Shown: positions 1 through 9,577 of the stretch, in pieces | Numbering within the stretch: the stretch's first letter is position 1 | Layout: every line of letters starts with the position of its first letter | Source of the DNA: Dehalococcoidia bacterium | Lineage (GTDB): Bacteria; Chloroflexota; Dehalococcoidia; UBA2979 | Assembly (NCBI GenBank): GCA_965219085.1 | Contig: OZ244720.1 | Span: forward strand, 2,816,001-2,880,000 | Length of the DNA stretch: 64,000 bases | Direction: 5' to 3' | Notes under the pieces: generated by a model | What the model saw: only the letters and a program-made list of their open reading frames with translations | What the model was told of the DNA's origin: nothing | Databases searched by the model: none | Position numbers and translations under genes: made by a program

Positions 1-1749
1 TCATGGCGCCGCCACCTGCGGCTGCGTGATGGGCACGTTCAGGTACTCCATGATGTCGCCCGCGATGCGTGCGAAGACGGGCGCCGCCACCACACCGCCG
101 AGGTGTGAGTCTGCGCTGGGCCGGTCGATCTTCACCAGGATGGTGACACGCGGGTCTTCGTACGGCAGGAATCCCGCGAACGACGCGATCGTGGTCTCGA
201 AGTCGTACCCCTCGGCGGTCGAGAGCAGGGTCGTGCCGGTCTTGCCGGCGACGCGGTAGCCGTCGACGCGGGCGAGGTGGTAGGGCACGTTCTCGACGAC
301 GTCGTGCATCATCTGGGCGAGCGTCTGCGCGGTCTGCGCCGTCACCACCTGCCGGACCGCGACCGGCTCGAGCCGGCGGACGCCCTCGCGCGTGGCGACC
401 TGGGCGACGATCTGCGGCTGGATCAGCGCGCCGTCGTTGGCGAACACGTTGACCGCGGCGATCGTCTGCAGCGGGGTGACCGCGAGCCCCTGGCCGTACG
501 AGTTCGTCGCCAGGTCCACCGGGTACCAGTCGTCGTCGCCCGGATGCCGCATCAACCCGGCCGCCTCGCCCGAGAGCCCGATGTGCGTCCGCTCCCCGAT
601 GCCGAAACGCGCGAGGTAGTCGTAGAAGTGGCGCGCGCCGATCTGCTCGGAGAGCCAGGCCGAGCCGGTGTTGAGCGAGTGCTGGAGGTACTCGGTCATC
701 GTCACCTCACCGTAGGCGACGAAGTTCCAGTTGCGGATCGTGCCGCCCGTGACGTGCACGACGCCCTCGTCGACGTACGTCGAGTCGGGGGTGACGAGCC
801 CGAGGTCGATCGCCATGGCCGTGGTCAGCGTCTTGAACACCGAGCCCGGCTCGTAGAGGTCGGTGATGGGGCGGTTTCGGACGAGATCGCCGAGGTCTTC
901 CGCCTCGAGATCGAGGGTCGAGAGCCGCACGGTTGGCAGTGAGGCCATCGCCAGGATCGCGCCCGTGCGGGACTCCATAACGATGATGGCGCCACCGGTC
1001 GCGTCGTTCTCCTCGACGGCCCGGGCGAGCTCGCGCTCGGCGATGGCCTGGATGAAGCGATCGATGGTGAGCTGCACGTCGCCACCGGCGAGCGGGGTGC
1101 GGGTGGTGGGCTGCACGAACGAGATGGGGCGCCCGAGCGGGTCCTCCTCGCCGATGACGAGGCCCGGCCGGCCGCGCAGGACGTGGTCGAAGTCTGACTC
1201 CACCCCCCACAGGCCGTTGCCATCGAGGCCGACGTAGCCGATGAGCGGACCAGCGAGCTCCCGCTCGGCGTAGACGCGGCGCGAGCTGGGCAGCAGGCGC
1301 ACGCCCCACAGCCCGGCCTCGCGCAGCTCGCGCCCGCGCTCGTACTCCAGCAGGCGCAGCACCGGCACGTCGCCGATGGACCGCGACGTGCCGAGTGCGA
1401 ACAGTTCGCCGGGGTCGCGGTTCAGCGCGGCGCCGAGCTGCGCCGCGGCAACCGCGGCGCGATCGCGGTCGCGCCACAGGAACGTGTCGATGTAGACGTC
1501 CCACGTGTCGATCGAGGTGGCGAGCGGGTAGCCGGTGGCGTCGAGGATGGCGCCGCGGCTCGCCGGTACCTCGGCGGCGCCGATGTGCGCTGCTGCCGCC
1601 TCCTCGACGTACTGCCCGTGTCCGCCGATCTGGATCACGGCGAGCCGGGCGAGGAGCGCTGCGAAGCCCGCGACGACCATCGTCGCGAGCAGCCAGTGCC
1701 GCCACGTCAGGTGATTCGGTCGCACCGCGTCGCGCTGCTCTGCAGGCAC
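1..1749 (-). CDS. ftsI: Class B penicillin-binding protein (FtsI/PBP2-like transpeptidase)
   Basis: N-terminal TM, RGAILDATG dimerisation motif, active-site motifs PGSVFK (SxxK), SLN (SxN) and KTG; follows mraZ-rsmH-ftsL. Confidence 0.9.
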   Translation of the reverse strand: MPAEQRDAVRPNHLTWRHWLLATMVVAGFAALLARLAVIQIGGHGQYVEEAAAAHIGAAEVPASRGAILDATGYPLATSIDTWDVYIDTFLWRDRDRAAVAAAQLGAALNRDPGELFALGTSRSIGDVPVLRLLEYERGRELREAGLWGVRLLPSSRRVYAERELAGPLIGYVGLDGNGLWGVESDFDHVLRGRPGLVIGEEDPLGRPISFVQPTTRTPLAGGDVQLTIDRFIQAIAERELARAVEENDATGGAIIVMESRTGAILAMASLPTVRLSTLDLEAEDLGDLVRNRPITDLYEPGSVFKTLTTAMAIDLGLVTPDSTYVDEGVVHVTGGTIRNWNFVAYGEVTMTEYLQHSLNTGSAWLSEQIGARHFYDYLARFGIGERTHIGLSGEAAGLMRHPGDDDWYPVDLATNSYGQGLAVTPLQTIAAVNVFANDGALIQPQIVAQVATREGVRRLEPVAVRQVVTAQTAQTLAQMMHDVVENVPYHLARVDGYRVAGKTGTTLLSTAEGYDFETTIASFAGFLPYEDPRVTILVKIDRPSADSHLGGVVAAPVFARIAGDIMEYLNVPITQPQVAAP

Positions 1750-1818
1750 GAGCGTCCTCCCCGCCGCGCCTCCCGCTTCATGGACCGGGCGGCGCGGTGC
1801 AGCCCGTTCGCGCCGGGA

Positions 1819-2346
1819 CTACTCGATCCCGGATACGCCCCACAGCATCCCGGACCACCACGGTTCGAGTGGCGCCGGCGGCTCCGGCGCCGGTCGCACA
1901 TAGCGCTCCGGCATCGGCGCGACATCGGGTGCGGGCACGCCGACGGAGATCCGCACGGTGTCGTCGGGCCGCACCATGCCGAGCCTGCCGGTGGCCGCGG
2001 CGTGCACGGTCTCCAGATTGGTCATCTGCGCAATCTCGGCTTCGCGCAGGCGCACCTCGACGGCCAGTTCGGTGCGCTGCTGCTGGAGCTGACGCAGCTC
2101 GTACCCCGACGCGGCCATGCGGCTGCTCTGCAGCACCTGCAGGGAGCCGATGGCCGCGAGGCTCACGAGCGCGATCAGTGCGAGGAGGAGGGAGACGCCG
2201 CGCAGCAGACGTCCTGCGACGCTGCTGCGCGGCCTGGGGAGCGATGCGGCTTTCCGGCGGATGCGCGCGGTGTATGTCGGGGTTGTGGCCGGCGCAGCCG
2301 GACGCCCGTACCCCGCGCCGAGTTGTGGTGCTCCGAGCGCGGTCAT
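1819..2346 (-). CDS. ftsL: FtsL-like cell division protein
   Basis: Single TM followed by a coiled coil and a LGMVRP motif; lies between rsmH and ftsI; ATG overlaps the rsmH stop (TGATG). Confidence 0.7.
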   Translation of the reverse strand: MTALGAPQLGAGYGRPAAPATTPTYTARIRRKAASLPRPRSSVAGRLLRGVSLLLALIALVSLAAIGSLQVLQSSRMAASGYELRQLQQQRTELAVEVRLREAEIAQMTNLETVHAAATGRLGMVRPDDTVRISVGVPAPDVAPMPERYVRPAPEPPAPLEPWWSGMLWGVSGIE

Positions 2347-3305
2347 CAGGCCGCCGCCCGTCCGAGCGCCTCCGCGACACGGAGGCGCGCCGATCGCGCG
2401 CGCGGGTTGCGGGCGACCTCGTCGGCGCCGGGCTTGCGCACGCGCCTCGTCACCCGCCGCAGCGTGGCGACGTGTCCGCAGATGCAGATGGGGGTACGAG
2501 GCGGGCAGACGCACTCGGTCGACTCGCGCCGGAAGTGCTCCTTCACGACGCGATCCTCGAGCGAGTGGAAGGCGAGCACGGCGATGCGCGCGCCCGCGCC
2601 GCCGAGCAGGCTGCAGGCAGCGGAGAGGGTGTCGGCCAGGAAGTCCATTTCCTGGTTCACCGCAATCCGCAGGGCCTGGAACGTCAGAGTGGCGGGGTGA
2701 TGATGACGTTCCCGACCCCTGCCTACAGCCTGCTCGACGGCGCGGACCAAATCGCCCGTCGTATGCAAGGGCCGCCGGGCCACGATCGCTCGTGCAATCG
2801 CGCGCGCCCGGCGCTCCTCGCCGTAGCGGCGGATGATGTCCGCCAGCTCGGCTTCCTCGTACTCGTTGACGATGATCGCCGCGGTCAGTTCCGCGTCTGG
2901 ATCCATGCGCATGTTCAGCGGCTCGTCGCGCTGGAACGAGAAGCCCCGCCCCGGGGCATCGAGTTGCAGCGACGAGACGCCGAGGTCGAAGAGCACGCCA
3001 CTGACTTGCTCGAACCCCTGCTCGTGCGCGATTTCAGCGATCTCGCTGTGGTGGCCGTGCACCAGCACCGCGGCGTCGCCAAACTCGGCGAGCCGCTCGC
3101 CCGCAATCGCCAGTGCGTTCGGGTCGAGGTCGATGCCGAGCAGCGCGCCGTCGGGCTGCGCCGCGTCCAGGATCGCCTTGGCGTGCCCGCCCAGGCCGAC
3201 CGTCGCGTCGATGTAGCGACCGCCCGGACGGATGTCGAGGCCGTCGAGCACCTCGGTGACCATCACCGGCTCGTGGCGGGGCGCAGTTGTGGCGCCGGCG
3301 GTCAT
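2346..3305 (-). CDS. rsmH: 16S rRNA m4C1402 methyltransferase
   Basis: HEPVM, DATVGLGGH, DLGVSSLQLD, FHSLEDR and NPRARSARLR motifs. Confidence 0.97.
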   Translation of the reverse strand: MTAGATTAPRHEPVMVTEVLDGLDIRPGGRYIDATVGLGGHAKAILDAAQPDGALLGIDLDPNALAIAGERLAEFGDAAVLVHGHHSEIAEIAHEQGFEQVSGVLFDLGVSSLQLDAPGRGFSFQRDEPLNMRMDPDAELTAAIIVNEYEEAELADIIRRYGEERRARAIARAIVARRPLHTTGDLVRAVEQAVGRGRERHHHPATLTFQALRIAVNQEMDFLADTLSAACSLLGGAGARIAVLAFHSLEDRVVKEHFRRESTECVCPPRTPICICGHVATLRRVTRRVRKPGADEVARNPRARSARLRVAEALGRAAA

Positions 3306-3721
3306 GCGTCGTCCTCCGCGACTGCTGCCAGCGCAGCCTCGTCAGCGCTCTCCCACCGGGCGAGATCCCAGACCTCGACGTAGTCGCCGAGGCCGACGAG
3401 GACGACGCGGTCCTCCAGGCTGGCGTGATCCCGCATTTCCTGCGGGATCACGATCCGCCCCTGCTGGTCGAGTTGGTGAAATCCGAAGGCACGGGACAGG
3501 AAGGCCCGACGCCGCTGGCGACCGATGCGCGTACGCGTGTCCGAGTCGCCGAGCACCTCGTCGGTCTTCGCCGTGAAGCTCTCATGCGTGTAGAGCTCGA
3601 GGCAGCCGTCGTCGGCGGGGCGGAGTACGCCACCGTCCTGGAGTTCGCGGCGATAGACGGCCGGAATCGCGACCCGGCCACGGCCATCCAGCGAGTGCTC
3701 GTGAGCGCCAAAGAAATGCAC
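3302..3721 (-). CDS. mraZ: Division/cell wall cluster transcriptional repressor MraZ
   Basis: Two DxxGR repeats (LDGRGRVAIP, LDQQGRIVIP) and VEVW; first gene of the dcw cluster. Confidence 0.95.
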   Translation of the reverse strand: MHFFGAHEHSLDGRGRVAIPAVYRRELQDGGVLRPADDGCLELYTHESFTAKTDEVLGDSDTRTRIGRQRRRAFLSRAFGFHQLDQQGRIVIPQEMRDHASLEDRVVLVGLGDYVEVWDLARWESADEAALAAVAEDDA

Positions 3722-3772
3722 GGCGGTCTCCAGGCCAAGCGGCCTTCCTTGTGTGAAGTGTTGGGAATCTCG

Positions 3773-3804
3773 CCCATTTCACCCCATCGAGCCCCCGGAT
3801 ACTA
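3773..3804 (-). promoter_or_regulatory. mraZ promoter -10 (TAGTAT) and putative MraZ operator
   Basis: Minus strand reads TAGTAT, then CGGGG, ATGGG, ATGGG at 10-bp spacing, resembling the TGGG/GTGG repeats bound by MraZ. Confidence 0.55.
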
Positions 3805-3883
3805 CCAGACGCGCCACCGCCCGAACAACCGGCCCTGCCGCCCCCACGCGAGCCTTTGCTACGATCGGCGTCAGGAGACCACG

Positions 3884-4411
3884 ATGACCGAACGACCCGC
3901 CCTCGGACGCGCAGCCGTCCTCACCGTTAGCGACCGCGCCGCGGCCGGGGCGTTCGTCGACACCGCCGGGCCCGCCGTGGCCGCGATGCTGCGCGAGGCG
4001 GGCTTCGACGCGGCCGACCCTGACGTGCTGCCCGACGACCCCGACGCCATCGCCGCGTGGCTGCGGCGCCAGGCCGACGACGAGCACGTCGCCCTCGCCA
4101 TCACGGCCGGCGGTACCGGCCTCGGGCCGCGCGACCGCACGCCGCAGGCGACGGAGGGCGTGCTCGACTACCGCGTCGACGGCATCGCCGAGGCGATGCG
4201 CGCCGCCTCGATCGCGATCGTGCCGACGGCGATGCTCTCGCGCGCCGTGGCCGGGGTGCGAGGTCGCACGCTCATCGTCAACCTGCCCGGCAGCGAGCGC
4301 GGCGCACGCGAGAACCTCGAGGTGGTGTTGCCGGTCCTTGCACACGCGGTCACACAGCTGACCGGCGACGCCGAGCCCTCGCCGCCGACCGGCACCCACG
4401 GCCGCGGCTAG
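3884..4411 (+). CDS. Molybdenum cofactor biosynthesis protein, MogA/MoaB family
   Basis: VLTVSDR, GGTGLGPRDRTPQA, AMLSRAVAG and NLPGS motifs; AGGAG RBS upstream. Confidence 0.92.
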   Translation: MTERPALGRAAVLTVSDRAAAGAFVDTAGPAVAAMLREAGFDAADPDVLPDDPDAIAAWLRRQADDEHVALAITAGGTGLGPRDRTPQATEGVLDYRVDGIAEAMRAASIAIVPTAMLSRAVAGVRGRTLIVNLPGSERGARENLEVVLPVLAHAVTQLTGDAEPSPPTGTHGRG

Positions 4412-4426
4412 CCGCGGCGCGGCCCC

Positions 4427-5167
4427 ATGCGGCTCGACATCCTCACGCTCTTCCCGGGCATCTTCCGCGGCCCGCTCGACGAGACGATCCTGCGCCGCGC
4501 CATGGACGCCGGCCTCGTCGAGGTGGAACTGCATGACCTGCGCGAGTGGGCTACGGACCGCCACCGCACCGTCGACGACTACCCGTTCGGCGGCGGCCCC
4601 GGCATGGTGATGAAGCCCGAGCCGATCTTCGCCGCCGTCGAGGCGATCCAGCCGCTCGCGGAGCCCGAGGCGCCCGTCGTGCTGATGACCCCGCAGGGCC
4701 GGCGCCTCGACCACGCGCTCGCCGTCGAGCTTGCCGCGCAGCCGCGCCTGCTCATCGTGTGCGGGCGCTACGAGGGCGTCGACGAGCGTGTGCGCGAGCA
4801 CCTCGTCGACGTCGAAGTCTCTGTTGCCGATGTAGTGGTGTCGGGCGGTGAGTTGCCGGCGCTCCTGCTCCTCGACGCGCTCGTGCGTCGCGTACCGGGT
4901 GTGCTCGGCGGCGAGGGCTCGCTCGCCGAGGAGTCGTTCGAGGGCGGGCTGCTCGAGTATCCGCAGTACACGCGCCCGGCGGAGTTCCGGGGGTGGACGC
5001 CCCCCGACGTGCTGCTGTCCGGCCACCACGGCGAGATCGCGAAGTGGCGCCGTCGCCAGCGCCTCGCGCGCACGCGCGCACGCCGCCCGGACCTGCTCGA
5101 CGCCGCCGAGCTCAGCGACGAGGATCGCGCGTGGCTCGACGCCAACCCGGAGCCGCCCCTAGACTGA
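4427..5167 (+). CDS. trmD: tRNA (guanine-N1)-methyltransferase
   Basis: VDDYPFGGGPGMVM, CGRYEGVDER, SGGE, LLEYPQYTRP and LLSGHH motifs. Confidence 0.97.
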   Translation: MRLDILTLFPGIFRGPLDETILRRAMDAGLVEVELHDLREWATDRHRTVDDYPFGGGPGMVMKPEPIFAAVEAIQPLAEPEAPVVLMTPQGRRLDHALAVELAAQPRLLIVCGRYEGVDERVREHLVDVEVSVADVVVSGGELPALLLLDALVRRVPGVLGGEGSLAEESFEGGLLEYPQYTRPAEFRGWTPPDVLLSGHHGEIAKWRRRQRLARTRARRPDLLDAAELSDEDRAWLDANPEPPLD

Positions 5168-5203
5168 GGAGCCGACCCGGACACCGCAGCACGCGAGCAC
5201 ACG

Positions 5204-5551
5204 ATGGCCATCGACCTGCGCGACATTGCGCCCCCCCGCAACGACACGATCCCCGAGTTCCGAGCGGGTGACAACGTCGCCGTCCACGTGCGCGTGGTGG
5301 AGGGGGACCGTGAACGCATCCAGTTGTTCGAGGGCACCGTGCTACGCGTCCGCAAGGGCTACAACGGCAGCTTCACCGTCCGCCGCATCTCCTCGGGCGT
5401 GGGCGTCGAGCGCACCTTCCCGCTCAACGGCAAGCGCATCGACAGGGTCGAGGTGACGCGCCGGGGCCGCGTCCGCCGCTCGCGGCTGTACTACCTGCGC
5501 GGCCGCACCGGCCGCGCCGCGCGCGTGCGTGAGGCCCGCCGCCGCTCGTAA
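5204..5551 (+). CDS. rplS: 50S ribosomal protein L19
   Basis: [24 protein letters not shown] and RLYYLR motifs; follows trmD. Confidence 0.97.
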   Translation: MAIDLRDIAPPRNDTIPEFRAGDNVAVHVRVVEGDRERIQLFEGTVLRVRKGYNGSFTVRRISSGVGVERTFPLNGKRIDRVEVTRRGRVRRSRLYYLRGRTGRAARVREARRRS

Positions 5552-5569
5552 CTGCGAGGCAGTTACGAG
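5545..5569. terminator. Perfect 11-bp hairpin between convergent genes (possible bidirectional terminator)
   Basis: CTCGTAACTGC-GAG-GCAGTTACGAG contains both stop codons; no U-tract. Confidence 0.45.
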
Positions 5570-5805
5570 GACACAGCAGCGGCGATCGTTGCAGCCGCGA
5601 CCATGCCGGCGAGCATTGTCCCCACCATCCATCTGGTCAGGCGGCTCTCCAGTTGGTGCATTTCGGAGCGTAGCTCGGCACGGAATACATCGAGCTTCGA
5701 GTCCAGTTGCGTCCGGGTTACTTCTAGCTCCGACCGGATCACATCAAGCTCGGATCGGAGCACCTCTCGTGTAACGAACTCGCTTGATGGGGCCTCGGTT
5801 GTCAT
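5563..5805 (-). CDS. Small coiled-coil protein with C-terminal TM (DUF1640/CCDC90-like)
   Basis: VTREVLRSEL-type heptads, LESRLTRWMVG and a hydrophobic C-terminus; lower GC than flanks. Confidence 0.6.
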   Translation of the reverse strand: MTTEAPSSEFVTREVLRSELDVIRSELEVTRTQLDSKLDVFRAELRSEMHQLESRLTRWMVGTMLAGMVAAATIAAAVSS

Positions 5806-5922
5806 GGCTGTATGTTCTTCTCCATCCGCGGGAGCGGAACGATACTTTAGCATAAAATAACTGTTGAGTTACGCATCCGTATTGTTGTGAGCCCCTACCG
5901 GATCGCTCCGTATCATCGCAGT

Positions 5923-8622
5923 ATGACCACCGAACCGTCCGGCGAGGCTCGCGCGCGCTTTGTGCAGGTGGCCGTCAACTCCGGGCGGCCCACGTTCATG
6001 ACCTTCTCCTACCGCGTCCCGCGCGGTCGCGAGGTCGAGCCGGGCGAGGTCGTGCATGTCCCCTTCGGGCGGCGCGAGCTACAGGGCGTGGTCGTCGAGG
6101 ATCCGACGGACCTGCCGGGCTACTCCGGCGACATTCGCGAACTGCTCCCGCGCGTCGAGGGCGCACCGCGCCTCGACGGGACGCAGCTGCAACTCGCGTC
6201 GTGGATCGCCGAGTACTACCTCGCCCCGCCGTGGGAGGCCCACGCGCTGATGCTGCCGCCCGGCGCAGGCGAGCGCCCGCGCACGCTCGTCGTGCGCGGC
6301 GAGGGTGCGCGACCCGCGACGCTCTCCGAGCGCCAGGAGCGGCTCTACGAACTACTCGACGAGACGCCGCGCGAGGTCGGCGAGCTGCGGTCCGCCGTCG
6401 GCGCGCGCGGCTTTGACGCGACGTTCGGCTCGCTCGTCCGGCGCGGCCTGGCCGAACGCCGCTACGAGCTTGCCCGGCCGCGCGGTCGGCCGCGCATCGT
6501 CGAGGTCGTGCGACTCGCGGTCGACGCCGAGCGAGCGCGCGCGTTCGCCGCGAACATCGAGGGCCGGCGGGCCTCACGGCGGGCGCGGGCGTTGCGCGCG
6601 CTCCTCGACGCCGGCGGAGAGCCGATCCCGTTCGACGAGCTCGGACGGATCGCGCGCGGTGCGCCGGCGGTGGAGACGCTCATCTCCGACGGCCTGCTGG
6701 AGGTCGACGGGCAGCGCAACGTCCGGCTCGCCCTCGATCCTGCTGCCGCCGAAGGGCGCATCCGCGAGCTGACGCGCACGCGCGCGCAGGCCGCGGGCGC
6801 GGCGCTGCTCGAACGGCTCGCTGGTGAGCCGGCGATCGAGCTGCGCGTGAGCGAGCTCGCGCGCGAGTTCGGCGCCGGCGCGGGCGAGGCGGTCGAGCAC
6901 CTGCGCGACGCGGGGCTCATCGAGGTTGCCGAGGTGCTCGACGAGCGCGACCCGCTGCGCGACCTCGACGTGGCCGTGCGCCCGCCGGTCGAGTTGCTGC
7001 ACGAGCAGCGCGCGGCGGGGGCAGCGATCCGCGCCGCGATCGACCGCGGCGACGGCAGCACGCTGCTGCTGAACGGCGTCACGGGCAGCGGCAAGACCGA
7101 GGTCTACCTCGATGCGCTCGCGCACGCGGTGAGCCTCGGACGGCGCGGGATCGTGCTCGTGCCGGAGATTGCGCTCACGCCACAGACCGTGCGGCGCTTC
7201 GCCGAGCGCTTCCCCGGCGGCGTTGGCGTCCTGCACTCCGGCCTCTCGCTCGGCGAGGCGTACGACCAGTGGACGCAGATCGCCGCGGGCAAGTTCGACG
7301 TCGTGATCGGCTCTCGCTCTGCGATCTTCGCGCCGCAGCCGGACCTCGGGCTGATCGTCGTCGACGAGGCGCACGAGTGGACCTACAAGCAGCACGACCC
7401 CGCGCCCCGCTACGACGCCCGTACCGTCGCCGAGTACCTCGGAGCAGTGACCGGCGCGGCCGTGGTATTCGGCACCGCCACCCCGGACGCCGAGCGCTGG
7501 TACTCCGCCGCCGAGGGGCACATCGAGCGGCTCGACTTGCCGCGCCGGTTGCGCGCCGTGCGGCAGCCCGGCGGCGAGACGCAGCTCTGGCCCGCCGGGG
7601 AGCTGCCGGAGATCGAGATCGTCGACGTGCGCGGTGCGCGGGAGCTGTTGTCGGGCACGCTCGCCGCGGCGATTGGGCACGCCCTCGACCGCGACGAGCA
7701 GGCGCTGCTGTTCCTCAACCGCCGCGGGCTGGCCGGCTTCCTGCTCTGCGCGCGGGGGCACTCCCCCGCCTGCCCGAGCTGCGACGTGTCGCTCTCGCTG
7801 CACCATCCCCGTGATGCCGAACCGGGCGCCGTGGGGCGCCTGATCTGCCACCAGTGCAGCCGCTCGCGACCGGCGTCACCCCGGTGTGAGGAGTGCGGCG
7901 GTGCGCTCCGCCCGGCGCAGGCCGGCACACAGGCGGTCGAGCGCGAGGTGCGTCGGCTGTTCCCAACGGCACGGATCGTGCGCTGGGACCGCGACACCGC
8001 GCGCCGCCAGTCCGACCACGACGCCATCCTCGGCCAGTTGCAGCGGCACGAGGTGGACGTGCTGGTCGGCACGCAGATGATCGCGAAGGGCCTCGACCTG
8101 CCGCTTGTCACGCTCGTCGGCGTCGTGCTCGCCGACTACGGGCTACGGTCCGGCGACTTCCGCGCGCGCGAGCGCACGTTCCAGCTGCTGACGCAGGTCG
8201 CGGGCCGCGCGGGCCGCGCCGACCTGCACGGGCGCGTCATCGTCCAGACGCTGGCGCCCGACGACCGCGTCATCGAGGCCGTCGCGGCCTACGACGCCGA
8301 CGGGTTCTTCGAGGAGGAGCTGCGCTGGCGCGCCGAGTTCCGCTACCCGCCGTTCATCCGCCTCGCACGCCTGGTCTTCGGCCACACCAACGCCACGTTC
8401 GCGGTCGAGGAGGCGCACCGCATGCGCGACGAGTTGCGCCGTGTCGCCGCCGGGCTGCCGGGCGCCGACGTGCTGGGGCCCGCGCCCCCGCAGATCGCGC
8501 GCCGCCGGGGGCGTCACCGCTGGGCGCTGCTCGTGCGCGCGCCCGACCCCGGCGAGGTGCTGCGCGAGGTCGAGCTGCCACTCGGCTGGACGGTCGACGT
8601 CGACCCGGTGCTGCTCGACTGA
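5923..8622 (+). CDS. priA: Primosomal protein N' (replication restart helicase)
   Basis: GVTGSGKTEVY, LVPEIALTPQ, DEAH, FLNRRG, Cys cluster, GTQMIAKGLD, QVAGRAGR, VDVDP. Confidence 0.95.
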   Translation: MTTEPSGEARARFVQVAVNSGRPTFMTFSYRVPRGREVEPGEVVHVPFGRRELQGVVVEDPTDLPGYSGDIRELLPRVEGAPRLDGTQLQLASWIAEYYLAPPWEAHALMLPPGAGERPRTLVVRGEGARPATLSERQERLYELLDETPREVGELRSAVGARGFDATFGSLVRRGLAERRYELARPRGRPRIVEVVRLAVDAERARAFAANIEGRRASRRARALRALLDAGGEPIPFDELGRIARGAPAVETLISDGLLEVDGQRNVRLALDPAAAEGRIRELTRTRAQAAGAALLERLAGEPAIELRVSELAREFGAGAGEAVEHLRDAGLIEVAEVLDERDPLRDLDVAVRPPVELLHEQRAAGAAIRAAIDRGDGSTLLLNGVTGSGKTEVYLDALAHAVSLGRRGIVLVPEIALTPQTVRRFAERFPGGVGVLHSGLSLGEAYDQWTQIAAGKFDVVIGSRSAIFAPQPDLGLIVVDEAHEWTYKQHDPAPRYDARTVAEYLGAVTGAAVVFGTATPDAERWYSAAEGHIERLDLPRRLRAVRQPGGETQLWPAGELPEIEIVDVRGARELLSGTLAAAIGHALDRDEQALLFLNRRGLAGFLLCARGHSPACPSCDVSLSLHHPRDAEPGAVGRLICHQCSRSRPASPRCEECGGALRPAQAGTQAVEREVRRLFPTARIVRWDRDTARRQSDHDAILGQLQRHEVDVLVGTQMIAKGLDLPLVTLVGVVLADYGLRSGDFRARERTFQLLTQVAGRAGRADLHGRVIVQTLAPDDRVIEAVAAYDADGFFEEELRWRAEFRYPPFIRLARLVFGHTNATFAVEEAHRMRDELRRVAAGLPGADVLGPAPPQIARRRGRHRWALLVRAPDPGEVLREVELPLGWTVDVDPVLLD

Positions 8623-8655
8623 GCACGAGCGAAGGCGGCGCGGACGCTTGCGGGG

Positions 8656-9249
8656 ATGTCGTCTAGAATCGAGCCTCCGCGAGCACGCCGTTTGCGCCGA
8701 CCACAGCAGGAGCCAGCGCTGACCGTCCGACCCATCCGTTACCTCGGGGACCCGGTGCTGCGCCGACGCGCAAGCGCGGTGCCGCACGTCGACGACTCGA
8801 TCCGCGGTCTCGTCGACGACCTGATCGAGTCGATGTACGCCGCGGACGGCGTGGGCCTCGCCGCCCCGCAGATCGGCGTGGGGCTGCGTATCGTGGTACT
8901 GGGCATGCCCGACGAGGATCCCGTGCCGATCATCAACCCGGTCATCGTCGAGCGATCCGGCGAACGCACGCTTGAGGGTGAAGGGTGCCTCTCGGTTCCC
9001 GGCTACCGTGGCAGCGTCACACGCTCGCAGGAGGTGACGGTCGAGGGGCTGGACGCCGAGGGCCGCGAGTTGCGGATCACCGCCTGCGACAACCTGCTCG
9101 CCCAGGCTATCGAGCACGAGGTCGACCACGTCAACGGCATGCTGTACGTGGATCGTCTGACCAGCATCGATACGCTGGTGAAGCTCGAGAGCGGCGACTG
9201 GGGCCCCGATGCGGGCGACGCAGAACCGGACGGGAACGGAGGCGACTGA
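8656..9249 (+). CDS. def: Peptide deformylase (start may be CTG at 8719)
   Basis: GVGLAAPQIG, EGCLS and HEVDHVNG motifs. Confidence 0.95.
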   Translation: MSSRIEPPRARRLRRPQQEPALTVRPIRYLGDPVLRRRASAVPHVDDSIRGLVDDLIESMYAADGVGLAAPQIGVGLRIVVLGMPDEDPVPIINPVIVERSGERTLEGEGCLSVPGYRGSVTRSQEVTVEGLDAEGRELRITACDNLLAQAIEHEVDHVNGMLYVDRLTSIDTLVKLESGDWGPDAGDAEPDGNGGD

Positions 9250-9557
9250 TGGAGTTCTTCGTCGCGCTGCTGTTCGTCGTCGCGGCCTTCTATTTCATCC
9301 TGCTGCGGCCCGTGATGCGTCAGCAGCGCCGCCGCCGCAGCGACCTCGCCGCGCTCGACGTGGGCGACGAGGTGCTGACGAGCGGGGGGTTCTACGCGAC
9401 CGTGCGGGCGATCCACACGATGGAAGAGGGCCCGCAGGAGATCATGCTCGAGGTCGCCCCCGGCGTGGAGCTGCGGGCGACTCCGGACGCCATCCAGAAC
9501 GTGACCCCCCGCACCCCCGAGGGCGCCGGGTCCCCCGATGAGACGGATTCCGCGTAG
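9249..9557 (+). CDS. yajC: Preprotein translocase subunit YajC
   Basis: N-terminal TM, FYFILLRP, GDEVLTSGG; directly upstream of secD. Confidence 0.9.
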   Translation: MEFFVALLFVVAAFYFILLRPVMRQQRRRRSDLAALDVGDEVLTSGGFYATVRAIHTMEEGPQEIMLEVAPGVELRATPDAIQNVTPRTPEGAGSPDETDSA

Positions 9558-9577
9558 GTGCGAACCGGGCCGACATC

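Noticed and set aside
1395-3383. Long alternative-frame ORFs (also 10021-11598, 25621-27426, 46091-47755, 57890-59518 and the N-terminal extensions of 15970-18345 and 20390-22786)
   Set aside because: They are Arg/Ala/Pro-rich shadow ORFs expected in high-GC DNA and overlap well-supported genes.
5545-5569. Integron attC site (TAAC...GTTA)
   Set aside because: Far too short, lacks L boxes and extrahelical bases, and no integron integrase is nearby.
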